Positions 9,572-21,300 of a DNA stretch of 64,000 bases are shown in pieces. The stretch is from Epithemia pelagica. Its lineage: Eukaryota > Protista > Bacillariophyta. Location of the stretch: the NCBI GenBank assembly GCA_946965045.2, contig OX337229.1:1364001-1428000 (forward strand), written 5' to 3'. Every line of letters starts with the position of its first letter. Positions within the stretch are counted from its first letter, which is position 1. The translations under genes were made by a program, and so were the position numbers. Under the pieces are notes generated by a model that was given only the letters and a program-made list of their open reading frames with translations, did no database searches and was not told the origin of the DNA.

Positions 9572-12500
9572 TAGCACGGTAACCTATAATGTAGACAACC
9601 AAGAACAACCAAATCAAGAAGTTCATCACATTACAAATGCAATGCACTCCGAATATGACACAAACACAAACACAAACACAAATAACACGCACAACGATTA
9701 CATCCAAGAACAACATCAAGATGCAGTCGAGGAAAACTTTTATTACCAAGAACCAGAAGAAATGACACTGACGGGACAGCTGAACTACGCAAATAACGGC
9801 TTTATCGGCCAACCAAGGAACCCCAGGAAAGAGGATGGTATTTTCCGTTTGTTCGGTTGCAATCCAAATGGGCTCAAGATCGGTCATGACGGTGGGGAAT
9901 TCGCGGAATTATGTTTAGAGATGACCAATCTTATGGTGGATACATGGGGACTGTACGAAATAAATTTGGACAGTACGCAACATTCAGTCCGGAATCGACT
10001 GGAAACAACACTTCGACGACACACTGAGCATTCAAGGTTGATTGTCACAAGCAGCAACATTCCGTCTCCAAGATGCAAACAATATAAACCAGGAGGTGTC
10101 CTTCAAGTTACTCAAGAAAAGACAACAGGTAGAGTCACCGCTCAAGGTCGAGACAATCTTGGACGATGGACGTATCAAGTCTTCTCATGTCGCGGACATA
10201 GATCTCTCACGATCATTACGGCGTATCAAGTTTGCAAGCAGAAGATCGTTGACGATTCCACTGGGCAAATTCGCTCATACACAGCCTCGTCACAGCAAGT
10301 TTCTATGCTCCGACAGAACAATCGGTATTGCACCCCACGGGAAGCGTTTATCCAGGACCTGACTGATTTCATACGGGATAGGCAATCGGCAAACTCGGGT
10401 ATTATTCTTCTTGGCGACTTCAATGAACCTCTCAACGATTCGAATCAAGGCATGTCGAAACTTTGCTCAGAGCTGAATTTATGCGACGTAATGAGTCAGA
10501 TACTCGGAACCACTGAATTTGGTACTCACGTTCGCGGAAAAGACAGGATAGATTACGTGTTAGCGTCCGATTGGGTTGTCGAGGCTGTTGTCGATGGCTG
10601 CTACGAACCGTTTGGTCAACGCTCTCGCGGGGACCATCGTAATATACTTATCGATTTTGACGCAGAAAAACTATTTGGAAACAAAACACAACAACTTGGA
10701 CCAATCTCCAGTCGTGACTTCACCAGCAAAGATAAGTCCTCGAATCGAGTTTATATTGAGGCCAAGCATCGGTATTGCCAGGAACACAAATTTGCGGAAC
10801 GACTTGCCGCTTTACAACAAGAATGGGATCCAGAATTAGCCGAACGGTTAGATCAAGATTTCCAACGTGCGGGTGAGCATGCTGCCAAACAGTGCGCTAA
10901 GAAACCGCGTGGCGTTCCCTATGTTACTGAGATTGCTGAGCTCCGACAACGAAAGAACTTGCTTCAACGTCTCATTTCGGCGACACGGCTTAAGAGATCT
11001 TTCGATTCGGGCATTGCCCATATTACAGAACGTGGTTATACGGGTGGTTTCCCTTCTACAATTTCCGAATGTCGCTCTGAACTTCGAGTGGTACAACAGA
11101 AAATCAAGACCCTTACCAAACAAGCAGTCTTCAAACGCCAGAATGAATTGAAACTAGCGCTCCAAGAAGCTTTGGATCGCGGAGACAAACAACAATCAAA
11201 AGCTTTGAAGTTTCGGATAGCAGCTGAAAGAACGAAAGCAATGTACTCTCGACTTCGGCAATATCGGGGTAGTCAGAAATCAGGAATCACGCGCCTAGAC
11301 GTTCCAGCAGATACTACGACAACGGACTACAACAATTGCTCAAGCTGGATTACGATAGATACGCCAGCGGAGATCGAAGAGCGTCTACTTCAACGAAACA
11401 GACGCCACTTTGGCCAAGCGAACGGGACTTTTCCCACGAAACCTCCGTTCTCGGAATGGTGCGATTGGGGTGCTTCAACGCACACAGCGGAGTTGATCTT
11501 AGAAGGAGAATGGCAATCAGATGAGTTAGACGAAATGCAACAAAGCTTATTGGATCATATGAAGTCGCGAGTCGCTATAGATGCGATTCCGTGCGCAATT
11601 AGCAAAGAAGACTGGATTGGTAAGATTCGATCGTGGCCGGAGTCCACTACAACGTCACCATCGGGCTTTCATTTGGGACATAGCAAGGCACTTATTGCAC
11701 CGCATGATTTGGATCCGTCGTCGGAGGATGGTCAAGCTCTGGAACGCAAGAGGGACGATCTGATTGATTGGCAAGTTGGCATTTTGAACTGTGGTCTTGA
11801 GAACAAATATTCGTTTTCCCGATGGAAACATATAGTAAACGTCATGATCCTGAAGGAACCAAACGATTTGCGCATTCATCGTTTGCGTGTCATCCACCTT
11901 TACGAACAAGACTACAACCTTGTTCTTGCAATCAAATGGCGACAAATGATTCAGCTTTCCACCAATCAACAGGTGCTTCATCCTACGCAATTTGGCGGCG
12001 TTCCGGGACGGGACGCAGTGATTCCAACGCTTTGTGAAGAATTTCAATATGAAATATCACGTGCAAGCAAACGCCCTCTGGTACATCTCGACTATGATGC
12101 CACGGCTTGCTATGATCGGATTGTATTATCGGTTGGCAGTTTGGTCTCGCGGAGTTTCGGCCAGAACCGGTCTATTGTCTTTATCAACGCCAAGACATTG
12201 GCTGAAGCGAAGTATTATCTTAAAACACAATTGGGGGTTTCTGAGAGTTCTTACAAGCATTGTACAATCTACCCGATTTATGGTTCAGGACAGGGCGCCG
12301 GTAATTCCCCTGCGATATGGTGTGTGATCTCGAGCGTTCTTTTTGACACCTATGAAGAGAAGTCCCACGGAGCCACGTTTGTCTCTCCTGACGGCAAAAT
12401 TCGCACCACAATCAACATGATCGGGTTTGTCGACGATACTAGCGGCAGCGTAAACGATTTTTGTCGTACCGATCCAGCACCACCTGAATATTACTTGTCC

Positions 12501-15401
12501 AAAGCGCAGGAAGATGCTCAGAGATGGAATGATCTTCTTGGTTTGTCTGGAGGAGCCCTCAATCCGTTGAAGTGCTCTTATCATTTTATGTACTACCGCT
12601 TTTCCATCGATGGTCTACCTCTTTTGAGAGATGGAAGCTTCGGACCAACAATCACTATTTCCTTTACTGACGGCCGTCCGTCCGTACCATTGAAGCACCT
12701 ATCGGCTTTCAAAAGTCACAAGACCTTAGGGGTACAAAAATCCCCTCACGCCACTGACAAAGGGTTATTTCTGGCACTGTTGAAACGCAATCAGGAACAT
12801 ACCAGAGTTATGGCAAGGAGCCCATTTTCAAGAACAGATGCGTGGTCCTACTACCATGCTATATACCTTCCGAGTATTTGCTACCCCTTACCGTCATCAA
12901 CACTATCCAATTCACACTGTACTGCCTTACAACGACAATTCAAACAAGCCTTTTTACCAAAGTACGGCTTCAACCGCAACATGCCGAATGCTGTTGTGTA
13001 TGGTTCCTCAGAGTACGGCGGAATTGGTTTGCGGACTCTTTCAGTTGAACGCGGAATCGCACAGTTGTATTTGTTTCTGGCTTGTATCCGTTCAGACGGT
13101 GTACCCCACAAGTTAGCTTCCATCATGATGTCCTGGGGTCAGTTTCTTGCTGGCACTGGTGTTCCTATCTTCGAAGATGTTCATACCCCTCTCCCCCATC
13201 TGACTCCAATGCAATGGGTACCACAGCTCCGTCAGTTTCTTTCCTCGGTGGATTGTCGTGTCGAACTAGAAGAAGACTTTGTACCTCGCTTACAAAGGGA
13301 AAATGATGCCTTTCTGATGGATTCAGCTCTAGCCTTCACGTCGTCTGCAACAGATCTCAAATTAATCAACGCGTGCCGGTTGTATCTTCAAGTGACAATG
13401 CTCAGCGATATCGTTACCCCCGACGGTTGCACTTTTACTCTTGCCTCACTGGATGGACGACGAGACAATAAATCTTCTTGCGTATTGCTAACTCCATACC
13501 AAACAAGGCCTGGTCCTCGCGCTTGGGGAAAATGGAGAAAGTTTCTCGGATCTTTTCTTGCTCCTATGTCCGCACGTCGCCTCGCATCTCCTTTATGCAG
13601 GTGGCTTGTAGGCGGTAATGACACAGCACGCCAATGGTTCTCGTATTTGGACTCAGATCGATCCAAGTTATACGTTTACGTTTCACATCAACAATGGCAA
13701 GAATTCCGAGCTATGGGGCCCGTTTTTGTATCAACTCCAGTGATTCGGTCCACTGTTCCGTCTTCTTCGTGTCCTGTGGCTACTGCCAATATTGGGTCTA
13801 CACGTCTGGTTCTCCCGTCATGCCCTGTTCTTATTACACAACCTTCTCCTCCTCCTTCAAGCTTCGACTCTTATGTTCGTCAACTTTCTTCTTGGGAACG
13901 ACAACTTTTGTCCGAGAGCACACTGGTATGCGAGGAACATGAATTGGTCACGCACTTTCTTCAATCTGCCCTTCTGTTACTCTGCAGCGACGGTTCTGCT
14001 GCATCGTTTGTTGGTACTTTCGGTTGTATTTGCGCCACTGAAGGTGGTACTCGTCTTTTTATGGTACATGGTCCTGCCCCAGGTTACCGTACGTCTTCCT
14101 TCCGAGCGGAGAGCTACGGATTCTTAGCTTTTCTTCGCTTCATCATACAGTTTTGCTCTTTCAGTGATATTCCTCTACCGGGATCGCTCCGCTTGTACAC
14201 CGATTCTGAAAGCCTGGTTACAACAATCCACAAACGGTTAGAATGGATGGTGGAATTTCCGTATTCCACCATGACCGCTGATTGGGACTTACAACAAGCG
14301 ATTACTTATTCTCTCCGTCAGTTTTCGGAACTGCCGGTCGTTCAACATGTCAAGGGTCATCAGGACGACGCGCAAGTATATTCGACTTTGCCGCTTCCCT
14401 CTCAATTGAACGTAGACGCAGATGGTCTTGCATCCTCTTACACCTACCCGGATCACGTTTCATCCACGATTGCTCCATTAATCTCTGGCAGTCAGGCGGT
14501 CCTTCATGGTCTATCAGGCACCATCGCTTCCAACTATCGTTCCATTCTCCGCAGGCTCGCTACTCGAGAACGATCGACTCATTATTTGTGCACAAAGTTT
14601 GATTGGTCTATTTCTACCTTCGACAGCATTGACTGGCAGTCACATAGCAGAGCCATTAATGCAAATTTTCCCAAACGCCACTTTATCATTAAGTTGATAT
14701 ATGATTGGTTACCTTTGGGGCATCTACGATCAAGATACGCTACCTATTACCAAGATTCCTGCCCCTTGTGTCCTTCGACTCTCGAGACCTTGACTCACTT
14801 TCTTCGATGTCCTCACCGTTTGTGGTTTCCCGCGCTCCTTGCCGATCTTGAAAAACAATGGTCTTCTCTGAATGCCGATCCACATCTAGCCATGCTCCTT
14901 ACCGAATGTCTCCGCTCGTGGTTGCATGATGTTCCTCCTTCCTTTCCCACAGTTCCGCTCCCTTACCAACGCGCAGTTGCCTCCCAACTTACTATCGGCC
15001 TCGAACAAGTGTTCATGGGCCGTTTCTCTTTACATTGGTCTCGCCTTCAAGACCAGTTCCTTCTTTCCCAGGATATTTCCTCTCCACTTTTCTCCGGCTC
15101 TCGCCTCATTTCTTCTACCATTACTATCATCTGGCACCATGTGCATCGTCTATGGTTGCAACGTAACAACGATATTCATGGCGATACTCCACAATCAATC
15201 GAAGCTTCTGCTTATTCTCAAGCGCAACGAGAAGTTCTCGAACTGTATTCTCTTCGGTCACAGGTTCAATCTGCCGACTCTGTTTTGTTTTACGATTCAC
15301 CCCAAGTCCATTTCACCTATGCCACCACTTCTATTCAATTGAGGAACTGGCTCAATACGTGGCGCCCAGTTATCCTCCGTTCTGCACACCATTTCCCGTA
15401 A
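9555..15401 (+). CDS. LINE ORF2: apurinic endonuclease, reverse transcriptase, RNase H, C-terminal zinc knuckle
   Basis: APE: GCNPNG, LLGDFNE, RIDYVL, DHR. RT: QFGGVPGR, DATACYDRI, GSGQGAGNSP, GFVDD. RNase H: CSDGS, RAESYG, YTDSESL, HVKGHQD, NVDADGLA. Zn knuckle: CPLC..ETLTHFLRC. No stops. Confidence 0.95.
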   Translation: MSQDRNSTVTYNVDNQEQPNQEVHHITNAMHSEYDTNTNTNTNNTHNDYIQEQHQDAVEENFYYQEPEEMTLTGQLNYANNGFIGQPRNPRKEDGIFRLFGCNPNGLKIGHDGGEFAELCLEMTNLMVDTWGLYEINLDSTQHSVRNRLETTLRRHTEHSRLIVTSSNIPSPRCKQYKPGGVLQVTQEKTTGRVTAQGRDNLGRWTYQVFSCRGHRSLTIITAYQVCKQKIVDDSTGQIRSYTASSQQVSMLRQNNRYCTPREAFIQDLTDFIRDRQSANSGIILLGDFNEPLNDSNQGMSKLCSELNLCDVMSQILGTTEFGTHVRGKDRIDYVLASDWVVEAVVDGCYEPFGQRSRGDHRNILIDFDAEKLFGNKTQQLGPISSRDFTSKDKSSNRVYIEAKHRYCQEHKFAERLAALQQEWDPELAERLDQDFQRAGEHAAKQCAKKPRGVPYVTEIAELRQRKNLLQRLISATRLKRSFDSGIAHITERGYTGGFPSTISECRSELRVVQQKIKTLTKQAVFKRQNELKLALQEALDRGDKQQSKALKFRIAAERTKAMYSRLRQYRGSQKSGITRLDVPADTTTTDYNNCSSWITIDTPAEIEERLLQRNRRHFGQANGTFPTKPPFSEWCDWGASTHTAELILEGEWQSDELDEMQQSLLDHMKSRVAIDAIPCAISKEDWIGKIRSWPESTTTSPSGFHLGHSKALIAPHDLDPSSEDGQALERKRDDLIDWQVGILNCGLENKYSFSRWKHIVNVMILKEPNDLRIHRLRVIHLYEQDYNLVLAIKWRQMIQLSTNQQVLHPTQFGGVPGRDAVIPTLCEEFQYEISRASKRPLVHLDYDATACYDRIVLSVGSLVSRSFGQNRSIVFINAKTLAEAKYYLKTQLGVSESSYKHCTIYPIYGSGQGAGNSPAIWCVISSVLFDTYEEKSHGATFVSPDGKIRTTINMIGFVDDTSGSVNDFCRTDPAPPEYYLSKAQEDAQRWNDLLGLSGGALNPLKCSYHFMYYRFSIDGLPLLRDGSFGPTITISFTDGRPSVPLKHLSAFKSHKTLGVQKSPHATDKGLFLALLKRNQEHTRVMARSPFSRTDAWSYYHAIYLPSICYPLPSSTLSNSHCTALQRQFKQAFLPKYGFNRNMPNAVVYGSSEYGGIGLRTLSVERGIAQLYLFLACIRSDGVPHKLASIMMSWGQFLAGTGVPIFEDVHTPLPHLTPMQWVPQLRQFLSSVDCRVELEEDFVPRLQRENDAFLMDSALAFTSSATDLKLINACRLYLQVTMLSDIVTPDGCTFTLASLDGRRDNKSSCVLLTPYQTRPGPRAWGKWRKFLGSFLAPMSARRLASPLCRWLVGGNDTARQWFSYLDSDRSKLYVYVSHQQWQEFRAMGPVFVSTPVIRSTVPSSSCPVATANIGSTRLVLPSCPVLITQPSPPPSSFDSYVRQLSSWERQLLSESTLVCEEHELVTHFLQSALLLLCSDGSAASFVGTFGCICATEGGTRLFMVHGPAPGYRTSSFRAESYGFLAFLRFIIQFCSFSDIPLPGSLRLYTDSESLVTTIHKRLEWMVEFPYSTMTADWDLQQAITYSLRQFSELPVVQHVKGHQDDAQVYSTLPLPSQLNVDADGLASSYTYPDHVSSTIAPLISGSQAVLHGLSGTIASNYRSILRRLATRERSTHYLCTKFDWSISTFDSIDWQSHSRAINANFPKRHFIIKLIYDWLPLGHLRSRYATYYQDSCPLCPSTLETLTHFLRCPHRLWFPALLADLEKQWSSLNADPHLAMLLTECLRSWLHDVPPSFPTVPLPYQRAVASQLTIGLEQVFMGRFSLHWSRLQDQFLLSQDISSPLFSGSRLISSTITIIWHHVHRLWLQRNNDIHGDTPQSIEASAYSQAQREVLELYSLRSQVQSADSVLFYDSPQVHFTYATTSIQLRNWLNTWRPVILRSAHHFP

Positions 15402-16666
15402 TATTTCATCCATTTCCCGTACTGTTAGTCCTCGCCTCAGTTTTCTGGGGCCGGGCGCGTCGGTCGACGATACCCTAGCGGGTACGCGCGGCAGCGTTAA
15501 AATAGACTGTACCTTTTTTTTTTTTTGCAGCACTCACATTATTACTCGTGCTCGTAGTCGCTCTGCATCAAGTAAGTTAGAGCTACCAGCTACCCCTTTC
15601 TCATTCCCACTTTGTCAAGTGTCAAGGCTCTCAAGCTCAAGGGAAGATTTCGCCACTATCTGCTCTATCTAGAGGGAGTCCTATTTTGTCTCTACTAGCT
15701 AGCTAGGGGCGAGCTACCTAGTTTTATCGCCTTGCGTCTGCCTTCGAATCTTGGACGGAAACAACAAAAACTGAAAGCCGACAGGAACTACCTAGGTCTA
15801 GGTAGTAGGTAGGCCGAAGTCCAAAACTGAAGGGGGAAGGTGTTATCCGGTATCAGGAATCAGGATATCTCATCAAATTCTTGTGCAACAGTATCCATTC
15901 TCTCCAGAGATTCGGTGTCTCTACGTAGCTGAAACTCTCGTCGAAGGGTTGATCCCTGCGAAAGAGTTTTGGGCTTTGGTTACGAGCTCGTACTGACCTG
16001 GCTTTTGCGTTTCCTTCCAGTTTCTCACTTGTCATCTTTTATCTCTTTCACATAGTTTGTAAAATGCTCGGATTGGCCGAGATCTAACGCGACGGGCGAC
16101 GGGATCTGGAATCTTCATGAAATCTTCGGGCGAATGGGATGAGAAAGAAAACAGAGTTATCTCAGTCACACTTTGACCGCACGGCTGCGGTGTTGTGTGT
16201 CGATTTAATCAAGTGCCTTCTACTATCTGATCTATACACGAAGCGGGGCAATTCAATTTCGAAGGACTCGGATCTGGTTCCCCCATTTTTTGACTGATCA
16301 ATTCATTCCCGCCACATGGAGTACCGTCCGTCGACCGACTACCAACCTATCCTTCCCTATCCCATTCAATGAGTACAAAAACTCCTCTAGCAGTTGAGAG
16401 GACGTGAAAAAGAAACCAGAATGCCAATGGCAAGGTCAGCTCCAGACATGAAATCTATAATAGAAATTCAACAACAGGTGGTCGAAGCAAAACAAGCTCA
16501 TTTTCAATAAACTTGTTCATCTCATTTCTCAAACCATCCTTGAGATTTCAAAAGCAGTCACATTTCCGGCGTCGCTCTTACGCTACTCCTGTCGAGACGG
16601 CGGAACCCCAACATGCAGAGGACAAAACATCAAAAACCCAAACTAATCAATCAACCGTCACCCAAG

Positions 16667-18211
16667 TTAAGAAGCCAATTCGGCGGCATGGTCTTTTTGT
16701 TCCTCACTGGATGATATGTCCATAGAGCGAGGATTGAGCTGGGAATCGACCTGACCCGTCTGGATCTGAGTACCGGGAGCTGGCTCCACTCCACGCAAAA
16801 CCTCAAGTAGTTGTTGCTTTGTCTTTTCCAGATACATTGCAGAATTCAAGTTTTCCATATTAGAAACCGGCAAGTGCAATCGATAGTCAGGTCCGAAGTA
16901 CTCAAAATAATCATTGAAGGGAAGATCGTCTTTCACGGGTTCTCCGACCAACACCGAAGTTTCATACGTCCAGCAACGTGGAACATTCCGAAGTGTATAT
17001 CCCCCGCCTCCCAGTACCAACATTGGTATGTTGAAGGACCTGACAAAGTCAACACAGTCGGCGTGGCCTTTCACAGACAGATTGAAACAACCCAATCGGT
17101 CACCCGACAGCGAATCCGCCCCGCACTGTAGAACGACTGCGCCGGGGTTGAATACCTCCATAATCTTACCAATCACGGGTCGGAAAATTGATCGATAGGC
17201 TTCATCGTCGATACCATCATTCAACGGAAAGTTAATAGCATAATTCTTTCCATCGTTGTGGCCAATGTCGGAACGGTCGCCAGTACCCGGGAAATACTCT
17301 CCAAACTTATGAAACGAACAAGTCATGACTCGATTGGTACAGTAGAACGCTTCTTCAACCCCCTTTAGAATAAAAAAGAGCGACAGGTCTCTCGTTAATA
17401 ACGCCACAATTGCAGAAGTGCACAGCCGATCGCAGTTACTTACATCACCATGGTGAATGTCAATGTCGATGTAAAGAACTCGCTCATGCTTTTTAAGTAG
17501 CTCGAGAATAGCCAGTACACAGTCATTGACGTAGCAGAATCCAGAAGCTTCGGCCTTCTTTGCATGATGAAGACCACCAGCCCAGTTGATCACAATATCT
17601 GCTTTGTCCTGATTCAGTCGAGCAGCACCTCCTATACTGCCACTGGTATACAACTGGCAGAATTCGAATAAACCATCAAAAACAGGACAATCTTCACCGA
17701 CGTTGAAACGTTGGAGCTGTCGAATATACTCCTGCATGTTATCGGGGGATACAACCTTTAGGAAATTGATGTAGTCGTCCGAATGGAACCGTGTCATTGC
17801 AGACGGTGACACCAAGTGGGGCCGAAAAACTTCCATTTTGTGGTACAGATTGTAGTTTACAACCAGATTGTGAGTCATACGGACACGATGGGGTTTCATG
17901 GGATGTCCTGTTGATGTTCAGAGTAATAAGACAGATACCTTGGTGAGCAGGGAACGGTGCAATTGTATCAAAAAGCATTGAACAACAAAGAGCACAAGAA
18001 CTCCGTATATTGAATGTAAGCAAACTAACTCGGACGCTCCACATCCAAAATCGTGTCATCATTTCATGCAGGCTGCTGAAACCATGCAACCTCTCTATGC
18101 GATAAGAAGACCGTCAACGCCCAAAATCTGCGACCACCACCTACCTTGTCCATAATGATAATTGCCAACTTCGGCATCATAGAAATACGAAACCCTCCTT
18201 GAAGAACTCAT
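16667..18211 (-). CDS. HDAC1: Class I histone deacetylase (RPD3/HDAC1), 3 exons
   Basis: Exon 1 18211-18145 [22 protein letters not shown]; intron 18144-17908; then [27 protein letters not shown]; in-frame intron 17443-17363 splits HHGD|GVEE; QCGADSL and GGGGY motifs. Confidence 0.95.
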
Positions 18212-18386
18212 CGTTCTTAACTGGCTGCAACAATGAACAGAGCCACGCCAACGCTTCGTTTGCAAACAACAGAGACAGACAGAGATGCCGTCAACGCCGA
18301 CGAAAATAGAACTTCAGTCGCTTTTTTGCACAAGGAGCGAGCGGTGGCAGATAGAGTGGGGCTTCCGATTAAAGGTGGGGTGATTA

Positions 18387-21300
18387 GTGATTAAGAAGGA
18401 CTCAATCGTTACGGGACCCTTCGGTATGCATAATCACATGTCCATTGTGCAAGGCACATCCTCCTTGACCATGGCAATGCAAAGTGATTTTGAAGAATGG
18501 AACGAATGCTGCATCAGCTGCAACAGCTCCGAAACTTGCAGCGAGCTCGAGGCAAAAGCAAGCTCGTACTTTTCGTCTCCGGAGATGGTTCAATCTCAAC
18601 AGTTGTACGAACAAGCAATAGCTCGACTGATCCAATCGCTTGAACGATCTTTAACATCGCTTAATCTCTGGTCTCGCATCGCGGCTCTGGCCTGTGTAAA
18701 GGGAGCTCTTGAACCACCAAAGAAAGAGGGGGACAGCCTTTCTCCAGCTACATTGTCTCTTTCCGTCATGAAGCTGATGGGGGAATTTTTATTACAGCAA
18801 TGTGGACCAATTCTTCATGAAGAAGACACCGACGACGTTGCCGTGGATGAAAATGTTCGTGATTCAGCTGTTCGAGCTATCGATGCTCTTCTACGCTCAA
18901 AGACAGAACCATTGGAGAGTCAAACGGTTGAGGCATCCGTTCTTTATAGAGTTCACTTGTCCTATGAAGCCGTCAAACGTCGGTGTGCTCTGCCAGAGGA
19001 GTATGGTTCCAGCCAAATGCTCCAACAAGACGAATCTCCAATTGCACCGAGAGGCTTAGCCTCCCTTCCCCGTTCTCGTCGCTCTTTATGCTTCGAAATG
19101 CTGCAGTCAACAATTGATGGACTCAAGCCGCTGCTAACGACGTCTCCTGCAAATTCTCTCCGTCGATCCACTCCTTTATTTCTTTGGGTCGAGTTCTCTA
19201 TCAACTGCCTTCATGGTGAATCTGATCCTCGTTGCTTGATCCAACTGTTGAACTTTTTGGCTGATCTTCAAAAAGCTTTTGTCATGATTTTGGAGAAGGA
19301 GTTTCCGGTTGGAACGTTGTTTGATGCCGTGTCGTCATATTACCCTATACAGTTCACACCACCACCCCATATGGCACATACTGTCACACAAGACGATCTC
19401 ACCAGGGCTTTGTGGAAAATCATGTCGTTTAACGAATACGATAAATACATGACTGGTGGAGAGACAATGTTCTCGTTGACCTTGGGTGTGATTTTGGAGC
19501 AGTTGGTTCCACTCCCGGAAGACGACCCTGTATCGCTTGAGGATCAAGAAAATGCTCTGGTTGATTTGAGAAGTCTGCTCAGGATTTCAAAATCTTCCGA
19601 GGGTTTTGTGATGGACGTCGCAGTCATCTCGGAGGGTTGTATTGATTCGAGAGATCTTATCGAGATCGGCACCGCGCTGCATAAAGTAAATGGTCAGACT
19701 TCGTTTTCTGGGGCGTCGGGGTCACCCACTGCGCAAAGAGTTTGTCGCCTCTGTCGTGACATGATTTCTTTTGTTGCGCTAGCTTGCGAACGTTGTACCA
19801 TTACCACACGTTATTGGAATCTATTTGTAAGAGATAAAACATTGGACATTGTCCGAGGAAAATCTACGCCATTGCTATCTCGTTCCGATGTTGTCTACTT
19901 GGCTTGCTTGACTGGATGTGGTGGATTGAAGACTTTAAAGTTTGCTTTGGATCAGTCACTCCCTGTTCTACTTCGAACAATTACAGAGGCCGATTCTTCC
20001 TTTGGCACTGACTTTGCAACCGCGGACGCAATGAACTCCATGGCTGATGCACTGTATGGTCTTGCTGTTTTGTTTGCCTCGGTTCAATCCAGCTTGAAAC
20101 GCCAACCGGCAGGTCTTGTACTAAACCCACACCCCCTCATGTCACATGGAATGTGTGTCATTGATTCGCTTTTGAAAACATGGCAGCAAATTGGTGATGT
20201 CACGTTCGAAGCCTCAGAGGCTTCCGCAAATCAATTGAATTCCTTGAGAATAGCTCTTGTTCGGTCGTTGGAAACTGCGTTGATGATTCTCCCGTTGGAA
20301 GTCGGGAAAGGCCGCACCCAACAACTGATCACACATCTAAGGGATCTCCACAATCGAACTACTGTCGTGGATGCCGATGTTTCAAAGACTGATCAGCAAT
20401 TGATTGAGGCCTGTTCACGATCCTTGGGGATTGCTCTCGGAGAAGCTGTTAAAGATGACGACGACTCTGCAAATTACTACTCCATTCTTCGATTAGGAGA
20501 TATTTCTTCCTGCTTGAGGGATGACATACTTCCTGTCCTTCTCATGAAAGTTTCATCGTCACGATATTGTCAAATCACACTCTCCACGGCTTGCACAAAA
20601 TCCAAGACATTGGCCAAAGCTGTAGTTGCGGAAGTATCTTCGGTTATGCTGAAAGGCTTGAGAAATCTCGACGACCGAACAGAACGCATGATCACTAGTT
20701 TTGCTCGTGTTTTGTCGGCTGGTGGGCGTAACACCGCTGAAGCATTTCAGACGTCCGATATCTTGTTCAAAATGAGATCATCGCTCCAACCTGAGCTCGG
20801 AAAGAAAAACCTAAATCTAGGCGTTAGTGGCCTTCAACTTCCTGTGCCGGAAGAGGAAACACGCAAGGAACAAGCTGAAATAGGCCGTGTCATTGCACTT
20901 CTTGAACCGTTACACCAGATCTACGAAAGCTGGGTCGTACACAGTCACGTCAACGAGCTTCTCGAGGCCACTTGTAAGGTAATCCCACCTTTGGACTCAA
21001 ACGATCAAAAGGACCTTGCTATTCTGCTGCCGTTTTTGTCAGCTGCCCTTCAAACCTTTCAACATGCCAATGAACTTGACGACGAGAGAACAAGGGAGAT
21101 GATATCTTTTCTGCCTGAATTTATTCTTTCCAACACGTCACCGTCATTACGGAACTACGGCATCACATGTCTTCATGCCATTCTTTCAAGAGGAGTGACA
21201 ACAGACCGAGAGGGGTGCCCTTGCCTTCATATCCTTGACAGCGTTTTGATGACGACTATTTCTGCTCTGGTCAACGAGATGAAGGAATCATCATCCAAGA

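Larger units (their letters stand above)
9230..15526 (+). mobile_element. 5'-truncated non-LTR retrotransposon (APE-RT-RNase H; most consistent with the diatom Ambal-type LINEs)
   Basis: Candidate TSD (T)GCAGCAC at 9222-9229 and 15526-15533; Q/N/P-rich ORF1 tail; 1.95-kaa ORF2; short 3' UTR; T13 tract at 15514-15526. Clade name is inferred from domain content. Confidence 0.9.

Noticed and set aside
15514-15530. T13-GCAG read as a splice acceptor rather than a retroelement tail
   Set aside because: No downstream + strand exon is evident and GCAG belongs to the candidate TSD; kept only as an alternative.
15850-16660. Possible small spliced gene on the - strand between the LINE and HDAC (GT..AG pair at about 15956-15997)
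   Set aside because: No coherent exon chain or recognisable protein could be assembled; left unannotated.
17908-18144. Possible C/D snoRNA in the long HDAC intron 1 (ATGATGA at about 18056-62, - strand)
   Set aside because: The only CTGA is about 135 nt away and about 10 nt from the acceptor; no recognisable rRNA guide.
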